Positions 1 to 10,636 are shown, counted from the first letter of the stretch. The stretch is DNA of 64,000 nucleotides from Eledone cirrhosa (GCA_964016885.1 OZ024765.1:16678001-16742000), one strand, 5' to 3'. The notes: a model not told the origin generated them from the sequence alone. Translations and numbers: made by a program.

Positions 1-720
1 AACACTACACCACTACTGACAACACCAACACCACCAAACCCCTACCAACAACACCAACACTACCAACACTACACCACACCAACACAATCACCATCACCAT
101 CAACTACAACAGCACCTACACCACCAAACCACTACTAATAACACCAAAACTACCAACACTACACCACAACCATCAACATCACTACCAACAAAACCAACAC
201 CACTACACCACTACAAACACAACCATCACCACCAACTATAACATCATTAACACCACACCATTTCTACCTACAACACCAACCACAACAACACCACCAACAT
301 CACCAAGAAACACCACACCACCATCACCATCAACACTACTAACCACAACATCATCAACAAACACCAGGACCACCACCAACAACACCAATACCAACAACAC
401 CAACATCACCAAGTAACACAACATCACCACCCCCAACCAAAATACCAACACCACCAACAACACCACCAAAAACATCACCAAGAAACACACCAACACCATT
501 ACCCCCACCTACACCAATATCACCACCACCACCATCACACCACCACAACCACCATCACTATTCCACCAACACAACCATCACCACCACCACCCCACCACCA
601 CAACATTCACCACTACCTTCACCACCACCACCACTGCCCCTCCACCACAACCATCACCACCACCACTACAACCATCACCACCACCACCACCACTAACACC
701 CCCTCCCCCACCATCAATAT
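1..720. repeat. Degenerate (ACC/AAC)-rich low-complexity tract
   Basis: Almost G-free run of CAC/CAA/CAT triplets; the overlapping ORFs are V/G-rich artefacts. Confidence 0.9.
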
Positions 721-1311
721 CAACAAAATAACCCTCTTTATTAATTCCACACTTCACCTTCTACAGAAACATTTCATTCCATTTGTCATCTCTCTTATTT
801 CTCATCACCAAAAGAAAGACTTAAAACCAAAGAAAAGAAAAAAAGAAAAAGAAAAGAAAAGAAAAGAAAAGAAAAGAAAAGAAAACAAAACAAAACAAAA
901 GTAAAGAGAAAAAAAAATAAATAAATAAATAAAATAAAATAAAAATTAAATGAAATAAAATTAAAAAATAAAAATAATAAAAACGAGTAAATAAAATTAC
1001 AAAAGTGAAAGTAGAAAAAAAAAATAAAAAAAAAAGAAAAATTATGAAGAAAAGGTGAAAAGGAAGTGAAATCAGCAAAAGCCCGTAAGAATAAAATGGT
1101 GGACATCTTCCAATTCACGTTCTCGTCACTTTGTCGTAGACTGTCACGTCGTGACTGTCTGTAGGTGGGTGGGTGTAGAGGTGAAACAGGAGTAGGGTAG
1201 TGGCGTGTTGAAGACATCAATAGTGTATATGTGTGTGTGTATATATATATATCATCATCGTCATCAGTGTTTTAACATCCACTCCCCCCCACCCCGCTAA
1301 CAAGGGTTGGA

Positions 1312-1705
1312 CATATATATATGTATATATATATATATATATGTGTATATATATATATACATATATATATACATATATATATATACATACATATATATAC
1401 ATATATATGTATACATATATATATATACACATATATATACACATATATATATATATGTATATATATATACATATATATATATATGTATATATATATACAT
1501 ATATATATATATATGTATATATATATACATATATATATACACATATATATACATATATATACATATATATATACATATATATACATATATATATACATGT
1601 ATATATACATATATGTATATATACATATATGTATATATACATATATGTATATATACATATATGTATATATACATATATGTATATATACATATATGTATAT
1701 ATACA
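1312..1705. repeat. (TA)n/(TACA) compound microsatellite
   Basis: Directly visible; forms the 5' flank of the full-length LINE. Confidence 0.95.
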
Positions 1706-1914
1706 TAGGAGAAGGCATCTCAGGAAACTGGGTTAACTCCGATATAAAACCTGCGGCTCAGTAGTTACCGATGATGTTGATCTTTTCTTCTTTTCGGGTT
1801 ATAGCTACTGTCGCTCAGAGAGTGGGATTGGTTCAGTGCACAGTCTTTCCTCACTTTAAAAATATTCGTCACGCACAGGCATTGCACGAGTGCATTAATA
1901 ATTATTAATAGTGT

Positions 1915-1949
<35 letters not shown>

Positions 1950-1954
1950 TATTA

Positions 1955-1987
<33 letters not shown>

Positions 1988-4900
1988 CCAATTCAATGAT
2001 GTTCCAGAACAATGTAAACGAGATAATTGCCAATTTGGGTTCTGGAACAAAAAAGATCATTGGCAATAAGGGCAGGGGCCCCAAGTTATCACAACCTGGG
2101 CCCGCCCGTCATCGTGCCATTGTAATAGAGCCAAACAGGGCATTTAGTCTTGGCTGCTGGAACGTACGGACGCTGCTTGACGGGGATTCTTTGGAGCGTC
2201 CTGAACGAAGGACCGCTCTTGTTGCGAAGGAGCTTCGACGTTACGATCTTGACATCGTGGCTTTGTCTGAGACGAGGTTAGCTGGAGATGGTCATCTTAC
2301 GGAATTTTGTGGAGAATATACATTCTTCTGGAAAGGAAGAGATGAAGGAACCAGAAGAGAGGCTGGGGTAGGATTTGCTGTTAAGACTGTACTGGTGAAT
2401 AAATTGGAAGAATTCCCAGTGGGGATTAGTGAGCGTCTTATGTCCATGAGAGTTCCGCTGGACAAGGGAAGATATGCTACCCTGGTGAGTGTGTATGCTC
2501 CAACTATGAATTCTGTCGATGAAGAAAAACTGTCCTTTTACCATGCCTTGAAAGGTGTTTTAAGAAATATCCCTCAGGCAGACAAAGTCATCGTGCTTGG
2601 TGACTTTAATGCTAGAGTGGGTAGGGATTTTAACACATGGAATGTAATCGGAAGGCATGGGGTGGGAAAGTGTAACAGCAATGGTATGCTCTTGCTGCAG
2701 ATGTGTGAGGAGCTGGATCTGTGTGTTACCAACACCATGTTCCAACAAAAGAACAAATTCAAGACCACATGGATGCATCCTGCATCTAAGGAATGGCATC
2801 TTTTGGACTACGTCCTAGTCAGGATGCGTGACAGACAGGATGTGCGGTGTGTTCGTGTTCTTCGTGGAGCTGAGTGCTGGACGGACCACCGCCTGGTACG
2901 CGCAAAAGTGAATCTAATCACCAAACGTAAAATCCGGGCTCCTGGTGTTGCCCTGCCCAAAAGATTGAATGCTGCTCGTCTTAAGGATAAAAATGTGAAG
3001 AGGACATTGGAAGAAGAGATGCAGGCTGCAGATCTTGGTGAGGATTGGCCGACCCTTAAAAAGTCGGTTTATGATGTAGGCAGACGTGTTCTGGGATTGG
3101 TGCAGAGAAAACATCAGGACTGGTTTAATGAGAAAGATGTGCATATAGATGACTTGTTGGCTGATAAGAGGCGCGCTCTGTCACGCTACTTGACGGCAAG
3201 ACCACAGGAGAGGAATACGTTGCATGAGGAGCTCAGGGATGTAAAATCACGTGTTAGGCGGAGTCTTTCTCAGATGAAGGATCAGTGGTGGAGTGAGAAG
3301 GCTGGTGAGATACAAACTGCGTCTGATTGCAATAACACAAAGCTGTTGTACAGTCTCTTGCGTGAGGTTTATGGACCGTCTTCTTCTCTGGTGACACCGA
3401 TTCGCAGCAGGGATGGCAAAGAACTTCTTCGTGACTCACAGGGAATTCTACGAAGGTGGCGGGAGCACTTTGATGATCTTTTGAATCAGCCGTCTGTCGT
3501 CAGTGAAGATTTCCTCAATCTCATTCCGGAAAGTCCTGTGAAAGTAGCTCTCGCAGAGCCTCCGACACTTGTGGAGGTTGCAGTGGCTATTTCGAAGCTG
3601 AACAGTGGAAGATCTCCAGGTATGGATGGCATACATGCTGAGCTCCTACAATATGGTGGTGAGAGACTCCTGCAACATCTTCACTCTCTGTTTGGAAGGA
3701 TATGGGCTAATGAATCCGTGCCTGAGGACTGGAGAGATGCAGTAATGGTGGTCTTGTACAAGGGAAAGGGTAACAGGAATGATTGTGGGAACTACAGAGG
3801 TATATCATTGCTTTCTGTCGTGGGGAAAGTTTTATGTAGGGTGCTTCTGGACCGTCTGCTGACACACATTGCAGATTGTGTCCTTCCTGAAAGTCAATCT
3901 GGTTTTCGTGTTGGACGCGGCACTACTGATGTGATCTTCTCAGCTAGACAGCTCCAGGAGAAGTGCATTGAACAGGGCTTGGATCTGTATCAGGTTTTTG
4001 TCGATCTGACAAAGGCTTTCGATACTGTCAACAGAGATGCATTATGGAAGGTTCTCCAGAAACTTGGTTGCCCTGATAAGTTCCTTGCTTTAGTTAGGTC
4101 TTTCCATGACGACATGAAGGCTTGGGTTAATGTCGGAGGTAACATGTCGGAGCCTATCTCAGTAAAAAATGGAGTGAAACAGGGGGATATTCCAGCACCG
4201 ACCCTGTTTGCCATATACTTTGCAATGGTTTTCTGTATTGCATTCAGGAATTGCGAGCATGGTGTTTACATCCGATATCGAACCTCAGGCAGCATATTTA
4301 ACATCAGGCGCTTTGCTGCGAAGACAAGGGTATTTACATCAGTCATAAGAGACCTCTTGTATGCAGATGATTGCGATCTTGTAGCGCACACAGAGAGTGA
4401 TATGCAGCACATTTTGAATGTATTTTCTGACGCTTGCACTGCCCTGGGTTTGACTGTCAGTCTCAAGAAAACCGTCGTCATGTACCAACCTGCACCTGGT
4501 AGGCAGTACACTGAACCAAACATCTATGTGTATGGCAAACGACTTGGAGTGGTTGATCAGTTTGTCTACCTGGGAAGCACTGTCAATCGATACGGCAACC
4601 TTGACGGTGAAATCTCACTTAGGATTAGGAAAGCAAGTGATGCTTTCGGAAAGCTAGAAAGGCGACTCTGGGGTCGGCGAGACATATGCAGGAGGACAAA
4701 GGTAAAGGTGTACAGGGCATGTGTACTCTCTTGTCTTCTTTATGCCTGCGAGACCTGGGTCACATATCGACGCCACCTTAAGCAATTGGAGCGTTTCCAT
4801 CAGATGTGTCTCAGACGGATACATGGCGTTCGCTGGAGGGACCACATCAGTGATGTCGAGATTTTGGAAAGCTCTATGTGTGACAGTATAGAAGCTCTTG

Positions 4901-5549
4901 TGCTTAAGCAGCGACTCCGTTGGAGTGGTCACCTTGCCAGGATGAAGGATTCTAGAATACCAAAACAACTCTTCTATGGAGAGTTGGTTAAAGGAAAACG
5001 ACCGCCACATAAACCAAAAAAGAGGTATAAGGATTCCTTGAAGGCCTCTCTGAAAGACGCTAACATCTCTGCTGATACATGGGAAAATATTGCTGCTGAT
5101 CGTAATAAATGGAGAAAGACTGTATATGAGGGAAAAGTTGCCTTTGAGGCATCTCGAATCGCACACGAGAAAGTAAAGCGGGACGTGAGGAAGGGTATTG
5201 CTGTTGCACTTCCAGACGGCGAGGGTCCTCCTATGTTTCTGGCATGCGGCGTCTGTGCGAGACTCTGCCTAAGCAAAGCTGGACTCGAAAGTCATCTTCG
5301 CAGTCATAAAGTAAGACCAGTGGTTGACTACCAGGCTGCTGTTGGAGATGCTACTCATCATGCTTGCCAAACATGTGGTAGAGAATGTAAATCAGCAGGA
5401 GGACTCAAGCGACATGCAAAAGTACACGAACTCCAACCACAGCCGACTATTCCCAGTAAATGTTTTGGTTGCCGACTCTGTGCAAGACATTTTGGATCAT
5501 TGGCTGGGCTAAAAAGCCACATTCGATCGCAGCACTGTTAGTTGCTATC

Positions 5550-5587
<38 letters not shown>

Positions 5588-5666
5588 GCTTATGTGCGTG
5601 CGTGTGTGTGTATATATATATGAATATGTATATTATTATTGTTGTTGTCGTTATTATTATTATTGC

Positions 5667-5709
<43 letters not shown>

Positions 5710-5780
5710 TTTTTTTTTTTTTTTTTATTTTTTTTTTATTGTGCAATGGCCATACTCGATAACGAGGGGGCAGCCATCAT
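1706..5780 (+). mobile_element. Full-length RTE-clade (BovB-like) non-LTR retrotransposon, family RTE-1
   Basis: 5'UTR starts AGGAGAAGGCATC... directly after the TA tract; single intact ORF; 3' end stem-loop (GGC..CTCGATAACGAG..GCC) followed by ATCAT and a TA tract; a diverged copy of the 5'UTR lies at ~18797-18955 (-). Confidence 0.93.
1996..5541 (+). CDS. RTE LINE polyprotein: AP endonuclease + reverse transcriptase + 3 C2H2 zinc fingers (1181 aa)
   Basis: APE motifs WNVRTL, DIVALSETR, SVYAPT, LGDFNARVG, LDYVLV, TDHRLV; RT motifs YKGKG..NYRGISLLS, QSGFR, FVDLTKAFDTV, GVKQG, LLYADD, FVYLGS; RTE-type RLRWSGHLARM; three CxxC-x12-H-x3/4-H fingers; no stops. The true start codon is uncertain. 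Confidence 0.95.
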   Translation: MMFQNNVNEIIANLGSGTKKIIGNKGRGPKLSQPGPARHRAIVIEPNRAFSLGCWNVRTLLDGDSLERPERRTALVAKELRRYDLDIVALSETRLAGDGHLTEFCGEYTFFWKGRDEGTRREAGVGFAVKTVLVNKLEEFPVGISERLMSMRVPLDKGRYATLVSVYAPTMNSVDEEKLSFYHALKGVLRNIPQADKVIVLGDFNARVGRDFNTWNVIGRHGVGKCNSNGMLLLQMCEELDLCVTNTMFQQKNKFKTTWMHPASKEWHLLDYVLVRMRDRQDVRCVRVLRGAECWTDHRLVRAKVNLITKRKIRAPGVALPKRLNAARLKDKNVKRTLEEEMQAADLGEDWPTLKKSVYDVGRRVLGLVQRKHQDWFNEKDVHIDDLLADKRRALSRYLTARPQERNTLHEELRDVKSRVRRSLSQMKDQWWSEKAGEIQTASDCNNTKLLYSLLREVYGPSSSLVTPIRSRDGKELLRDSQGILRRWREHFDDLLNQPSVVSEDFLNLIPESPVKVALAEPPTLVEVAVAISKLNSGRSPGMDGIHAELLQYGGERLLQHLHSLFGRIWANESVPEDWRDAVMVVLYKGKGNRNDCGNYRGISLLSVVGKVLCRVLLDRLLTHIADCVLPESQSGFRVGRGTTDVIFSARQLQEKCIEQGLDLYQVFVDLTKAFDTVNRDALWKVLQKLGCPDKFLALVRSFHDDMKAWVNVGGNMSEPISVKNGVKQGDIPAPTLFAIYFAMVFCIAFRNCEHGVYIRYRTSGSIFNIRRFAAKTRVFTSVIRDLLYADDCDLVAHTESDMQHILNVFSDACTALGLTVSLKKTVVMYQPAPGRQYTEPNIYVYGKRLGVVDQFVYLGSTVNRYGNLDGEISLRIRKASDAFGKLERRLWGRRDICRRTKVKVYRACVLSCLLYACETWVTYRRHLKQLERFHQMCLRRIHGVRWRDHISDVEILESSMCDSIEALVLKQRLRWSGHLARMKDSRIPKQLFYGELVKGKRPPHKPKKRYKDSLKASLKDANISADTWENIAADRNKWRKTVYEGKVAFEASRIAHEKVKRDVRKGIAVALPDGEGPPMFLACGVCARLCLSKAGLESHLRSHKVRPVVDYQAAVGDATHHACQTCGRECKSAGGLKRHAKVHELQPQPTIPSKCFGCRLCARHFGSLAGLKSHIRSQHC

Positions 5781-6218
5781 ATATACATATATATATACGT
5801 GTGTATATATACATATATATATATACATATATATGTATGTATATATATATATATATTTATATATATGTATGTATATATACATATATATATATACATATAT
5901 ATACACACATATATATATACACATATATATACACACATATATATACACACACATATATATATACATGTATATATACATTTATATATGTGTGCGCTTGTGT
6001 GTGTGTACATGTATATAAATACACGTGTGCGTATATGTGCGTGCTTGTGTGTATGTGCGTACATCGATATATGAAAACATATATGTGTATGTGTGTGTAT
6101 GTGCGCCTGTGTGTATGTGTCTGTACATGTATATATATACATATATGTGTGCGTATATGTGTGTACTTGTGTGTATGTACATGTGTATAAATACATATAT
6201 ACATACATATATATATAC

Positions 6219-6252
<34 letters not shown>

Positions 6253-6355
6253 GTATTTATACACATGTACATGTACATACATATATATGTATGTATGTGT
6301 GTGTGCGTGTACATATGTTTGTGCGTATATGTGTGTGCGTATATATGTGTGTGTG
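5781..6355. repeat. (TA)/(TG)/(CA) compound microsatellite
   Basis: Directly visible. Confidence 0.9.
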
Positions 6356-6659
6356 AAGTTCTATTTTCGAGATGTTGGAATCCCAAATGCAGAAACTAAC
6401 TTTAACCATAGCTGATTGATATACTATAAATAATAGTTGAGAATATCAGGTAAAGTGTCCCCATGGAGGGAAGATGGTCACCAGTTTCCACGGAGTATCA
6501 AACTATATGCCAAATTCCAGCCGAGTGCTCTTTCCATTGAGCTAAGGGACGTCTGACAACTGTCCCTCTGAATTACATAACTTTATAAATATAATGATAT
6601 ACATGTATATACGCCTATCTATCTTTCTATTAACATCTACATCTCTCTCTCTCTCTATA

Positions 6660-6715
<56 letters not shown>

Positions 6716-6879
6716 GGTCTCTCAAACTTATATATATATGGTCTCTCAACCTTACAGAGTTCATCAAGTAAAGTACCAGTAATGCACTGGGGTAGTTTAA
6801 TGAACTTTCCCCTCGTTCAAAATGGCTGACCTTGTGCCTAAATCACAAACCATTATTACATAAGTATATTATATATACA

Positions 6880-7070
6880 GGCGGTGGATTGGCAGTGTCG
6901 GTAGAGGGTCGGATGCCATGCTTTGACGCAAAGAGTTACAGCCCTTTATGGTCTGAGTTCAAATCCCATCGAGGTTAACTTTGCCTTTCATCCTTACGGG
7001 GTCGATAAAATAAAGTACCAGTAATACACTGGATATTTGCTGGCCTTGTGCCAAAACTAGAAACAATTAT
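6880..7070 (+). mobile_element. SINE family A (tRNA-derived head, conserved central GCCTTTCATCC..GTCGATAAAATAAAGTACCAG domain, possibly Meta-domain type)
   Basis: A-box-like TGGCAGTGTCGGTAGAG and B-box GAGTTCAAATCC; about 20 related copies in the window, e.g. 9548-9836, 10985-11168, 17346-17487, 21468-22101 (4 pieces), 25003-25186, 25336-25432, 40873-41500, 45443-45861, 53672-54082. Confidence 0.85.
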
Positions 7071-7133
7071 TACATAAGTATATTATTTATATGTTCATAC
7101 ACCTTTTTATTACAATCATTTATCAATGACCAA

Positions 7134-7963
7134 CAGGGTGCGGACAATATTTGTTCGCAATTTTCAACTGCTAATTTTATGCAAATTTTTTTAAATTCAA
7201 TTGTTACTCTTGTATTCATAAAAACAGTGGCTATATTTCCATTATTTATTTTCAAAATAATTGATTATGAATAATTTTGAACCTCCAAATTTGTGGAGTT
7301 CTTGGAATCTGTGCCAGGAGGACAAATAAGACCAGAAGATCAACTCCCAGAACAACAGGTGGCTCGCTGTCTCATCCAAAGACGTGCCAAAAGTCATGCA
7401 GACAAAGTTTCCAGCGACAACATTGGTCTTAGATGTCGTCAGCAGTCAAGGTGACGTCATGCCACCTCACTTGTTCCCTGAGGGCCTCAAGCTGAACACT
7501 GATGGCTACATCCGTGCTCTGAGCAATGTAGTAAAGCCCTGGATCGACCAGGTAGCTGCAGGTAGGCCGTACGTGTGGGAGCAAGACTTAGCGCCCTACT
7601 ATACCAGCCGAAAGACCCAAGCCTGGCTGTCAGAGAACTTCGTCGACCACACTTCACGTGACATCTGGCCTCCCAGCTCGCAGTGGAACAAGACACCAAC
7701 AGATCTAGCTGCAATACGAAAGACGATCTGAAGGCCAGGATCACAAGTGCCTTTAGGGGCCTAAGTCGGGGGACAGTGACGAAGGCCTGTAGCCAGCTTT
7801 GAGGCCGTCATCAAAGCCAATGGCAGGTTTATCGAGTAAGATCGAAAGAACAAGTCATGAAGACAAACTGACCCAAGTTTAATAAATATATCTTAAAAAA
7901 TAAAACTACTGTGTTACTTTTACCTAGACAGTAATCTTGCGAACAATTATCGTCCGCACCCTG
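7134..7963 (+). mobile_element. Internally deleted Tc1/mariner-superfamily transposon (probably maT/DD37D type)
   Basis: ~27-bp TIRs CAGGGTGCGGAC(A/G)ATA(T/A)TTGTTCGCAA at 7134 and 7963; transposase remnant 7384-7731 with VSSQGDVMPPH, QDLAPYYTSRKTQAWL, WPPSS; sequence is deleted before the third catalytic residue. Confidence 0.85.
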
Positions 7964-8103
7964 AATAAGTAGAAGGGGTATTTAATTTGTTAGAAGTCCA
8001 ACAAATATAAATATTTAGAACTGATTTAGAGCACTCAACAGTTTCCTAGAGTAAATATTCAATGATATTAAATAAATGGAAACTATATTTATAAAACCAT
8101 ATT

Positions 8104-8166
8104 TATTTTATTATATAGATTTCAAGGGTACCAAGACACATTGGTACGCTTTCATCAGATAAAATA
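8104..8166 (-). ncRNA. Minimal type I hammerhead ribozyme motif
   Basis: UAUUUUAU-CUGAUGA-[AAGCGUACCAA UGUGUC UUGGUACCCUU]-GAAA-UCUAUA-UA/AUAAAAUA; perfect 8-bp stem I; closing pair of stem II is A-U rather than G-C. Confidence 0.6.
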
Positions 8167-8286
8167 CAAAGTTTGTTTTATAAATAGAGACATACCCATG
8201 AAAATCATACCTTATCTATCCAGTGAATATCCAACCTATAAGGTATGATTTTCATGGGTATGTCTCTATTTATAAAATAAACTTTG

Positions 8287-8347
8287 TATTTTATCTGATG
8301 AAAGTGTATCAATGTGTCTTGGTACCCTTGAAATATATATAGTAAAA
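8287..8347 (+). ncRNA. Minimal type I hammerhead ribozyme motif (mirror copy)
   Basis: UAUUUUAU-CUGAUGA-stem II-GAAA-UAUAUA-UA/GUAAAA; palindromic stem III. Confidence 0.55.
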
Positions 8348-8604
8348 CGAATATGGTTTTATAAATATAGTTTCCATTTATTTAATATCACTGTGTATAT
8401 ATATATATTATTAGTAATGTAAGCTATTGCCGTATTTTGACTAAAGAAATTAAAGAAATTATTTAGCTTGATAGTGGGGTTAAGAACCCTCGGAGAAATG
8501 GAAAAAGATGAGTTTTGGCGTACATATATATATATATAAGACAAAAATAAATAAATAAATAAACAGATTAAATAAAGATGACGTAGACATACAATACAAA
8601 AGGA

Positions 8605-8870
8605 AGAAACATAATAGCACCACTGACGATGTTGCAGATGTGCAACGAAAGAACTTTGTTAGACTATTAGACTATATATATATATGTGTCTGTGTCTATA
8701 TTATATCTGTATTTTTGACCGTTGGTCAGTCAAAGGTAAACATTGAGGACCAAATAAATTAACTGATATAAAAGATACAGAAGCGAAAACCAACCAAACA
8801 GTTAGTGTGTTCTGTTATTAATTCTGGCAATATTATTACAACAATATGACCCTTCCCAAGTATAACAATA
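8605..8870 (+). mobile_element. Dispersed repeat carrying a hammerhead-variant motif (probable Penelope-like pLTR)
   Basis: CTGACGA-T-GTTGCA-GATG-TGCAAC-GAAA at 8623-8650; homologous copies at 32493-32750 (-) and 52004-52243 (-), plus an end fragment at 40576-40655. Confidence 0.6.
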
Positions 8871-10139
8871 TATATATATATATATAAATAAAATGTGGAG
8901 AAGGAGCACACGAGTTGGAATATATTATATATATATATATATATGAAAATAGGCAGAAAAAGACGATTATTAGGAAGAAAATTTTTTTTTTTCCCTTTTA
9001 TTTTTTTCTCTTTTTTCTGTGTTAGGAAATGTTTAAAACGAAATATTTTACTTTGTGTGAAGTGTTAAGGTATTAGTTAATTAACAATGGCATTTATTTA
9101 TGTATTTATATATTTAATAATTGTCTATTACCGGTTTCAGCATTTTATGGATTATATTGGTGTAAAATGTTGGTGATGTTGAACATGTTAAGGAAATTGG
9201 GGAAGAAAGAATAATGTTATTTACAAACAAGGTTTTTGAAGTGAAAAGAAAAAAGAAAAAAAAAGAGGGTAATGTGGAACATGGTAAGGTAATGGGAAAG
9301 AAAAAATTATATTATTTACAGGCATAGTTCTTGAAGATAAGCAGTTCAAAATGTGTTATTATGGCAAGAGTGTTTAGTTGATACATGATGGAGGCAAATG
9401 ATTAATTAATAAATAAATTAAAAGTGAAATATTTTGTTTTAAACATGTTCTAACCCAGAAAAAATATGTTGTTACCATTACACCAACACATCACCCATGC
9501 ATTCTTCCAATCAGTTAGAAGCTATATAATCATAGCCCTTGTTATAATAACTGTTTCTACTTTTGGCACAAGGCCAGCAATTACCCAGTGCATTACTGGT
9601 ACTTTATTTTATCGACCCCGTAAGGATGAAAGGCAAAGTTACCCTCGGGGGATTTGAACTCAGAATGGCAAGGGCCGTAACTCTATGATGATAATAATGA
9701 GTGTGATAATGGTGATGATGTTGCTGATGGTATTGATGATAATAGTGGTGGTGGTGGTGATGGTGATGATAATGGTGATGATGAGTAACTCTATGCATCA
9801 AAGCATGGTGTCCGACCCTCTACCGATACTGCCAATGCATGTTATAATAACATTCAGCAACACCACCAGTCCCATCTTCTCTCTTTCAATCTACTCTTTC
9901 ACAAACACTATCTCTTTCTCTCTATCTTTCTCTCTATCTTTCTCTCTATCTTTCTCTCAGTCTATTTATGAAGGTACCTAGAAAAATCCCATATCTCGGG
10001 TACCTGTGCTCTGATTTACTCGAAACTTGTTTTATTCCATTTGTATTCCCATTTCAGAGTTCCTTTCAAAGTATTTTCCCATTATGTGCCGCTTTGGCTG
10101 TATTAAATTACTGACAATCACACAATCACAGAGTTTTAG

Positions 10140-10636
10140 TAGTGTATAGATAAAGCGTTTACTGCGAAAATATAATAGTATATATAGAGTAATGTAAATG
10201 TTATGTGAGATAATTATGTGAGATTAAAACCTTTACCATGAAAATACAATAGTATATATCGAGTAATGTAAATGTTATGTGAGATGTGAGATAAAGCATT
10301 TACCGCAAAAATACTATAGTAAAAATAGAGTAATGTCAATGTTATATGAGATATTATGTGAGGTAAAGCTTTTACCTTGAAAATATAATAGCATATATAG
10401 AGTAATGTAAATGTTATGAGATATGTGAGGTAAAGCTATTACCTTGAAAATACAATAGTATATATAGAGTAATGTAAATGTTATGTGAGATATTATGTGA
10501 GGTAAAGCCTTTACTGTGAAAATACAATAGTATATATAGAGTAAAGTAAATGTTATTTGAGAAAATTATGTGAGTTAAATCATGTACCATGAAAATACAA
10601 TATTATATATAGAGTCAGGTAAATGCAAAAGGGTTA
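10140..10636. repeat. ~60-68-bp minisatellite (~7 units) derived from the end of the piggyBac-like MITE
   Basis: Unit TATGTGAGATAAAGC.TTTACC.TGAAAATACAATAGTATATATAGAGTAATGTAAATGT matches MITE end at 17160-17243; array ends AAATGCAAAAGGG-TTAA. Confidence 0.8.

Larger units (their letters stand above)
8063..8390. repeat. 328-bp palindrome (153-bp arms, 22-bp spacer) with a hammerhead motif in each arm; Penelope pLTR-like
   Basis: Arm 8063-8215 is the near-exact reverse complement of 8238-8390; single-arm copy at 11741-11870. Confidence 0.85.

Noticed and set aside
1706-1900. HDV-like ribozyme in the RTE-1 5'UTR
   Set aside because: Such ribozymes are known in some RTEs, but I could not build the nested double pseudoknot by eye; only a simple hairpin (AGAGTGGGA/TCCTCACTTT) is evident
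6494-6558. Minus-strand RRPLAQW peptide resembling the synaptotagmin C2B end
   Set aside because: Only a short motif match with no other C2-domain exons; TATGCCAAATTCCA suggests a repeat remnant
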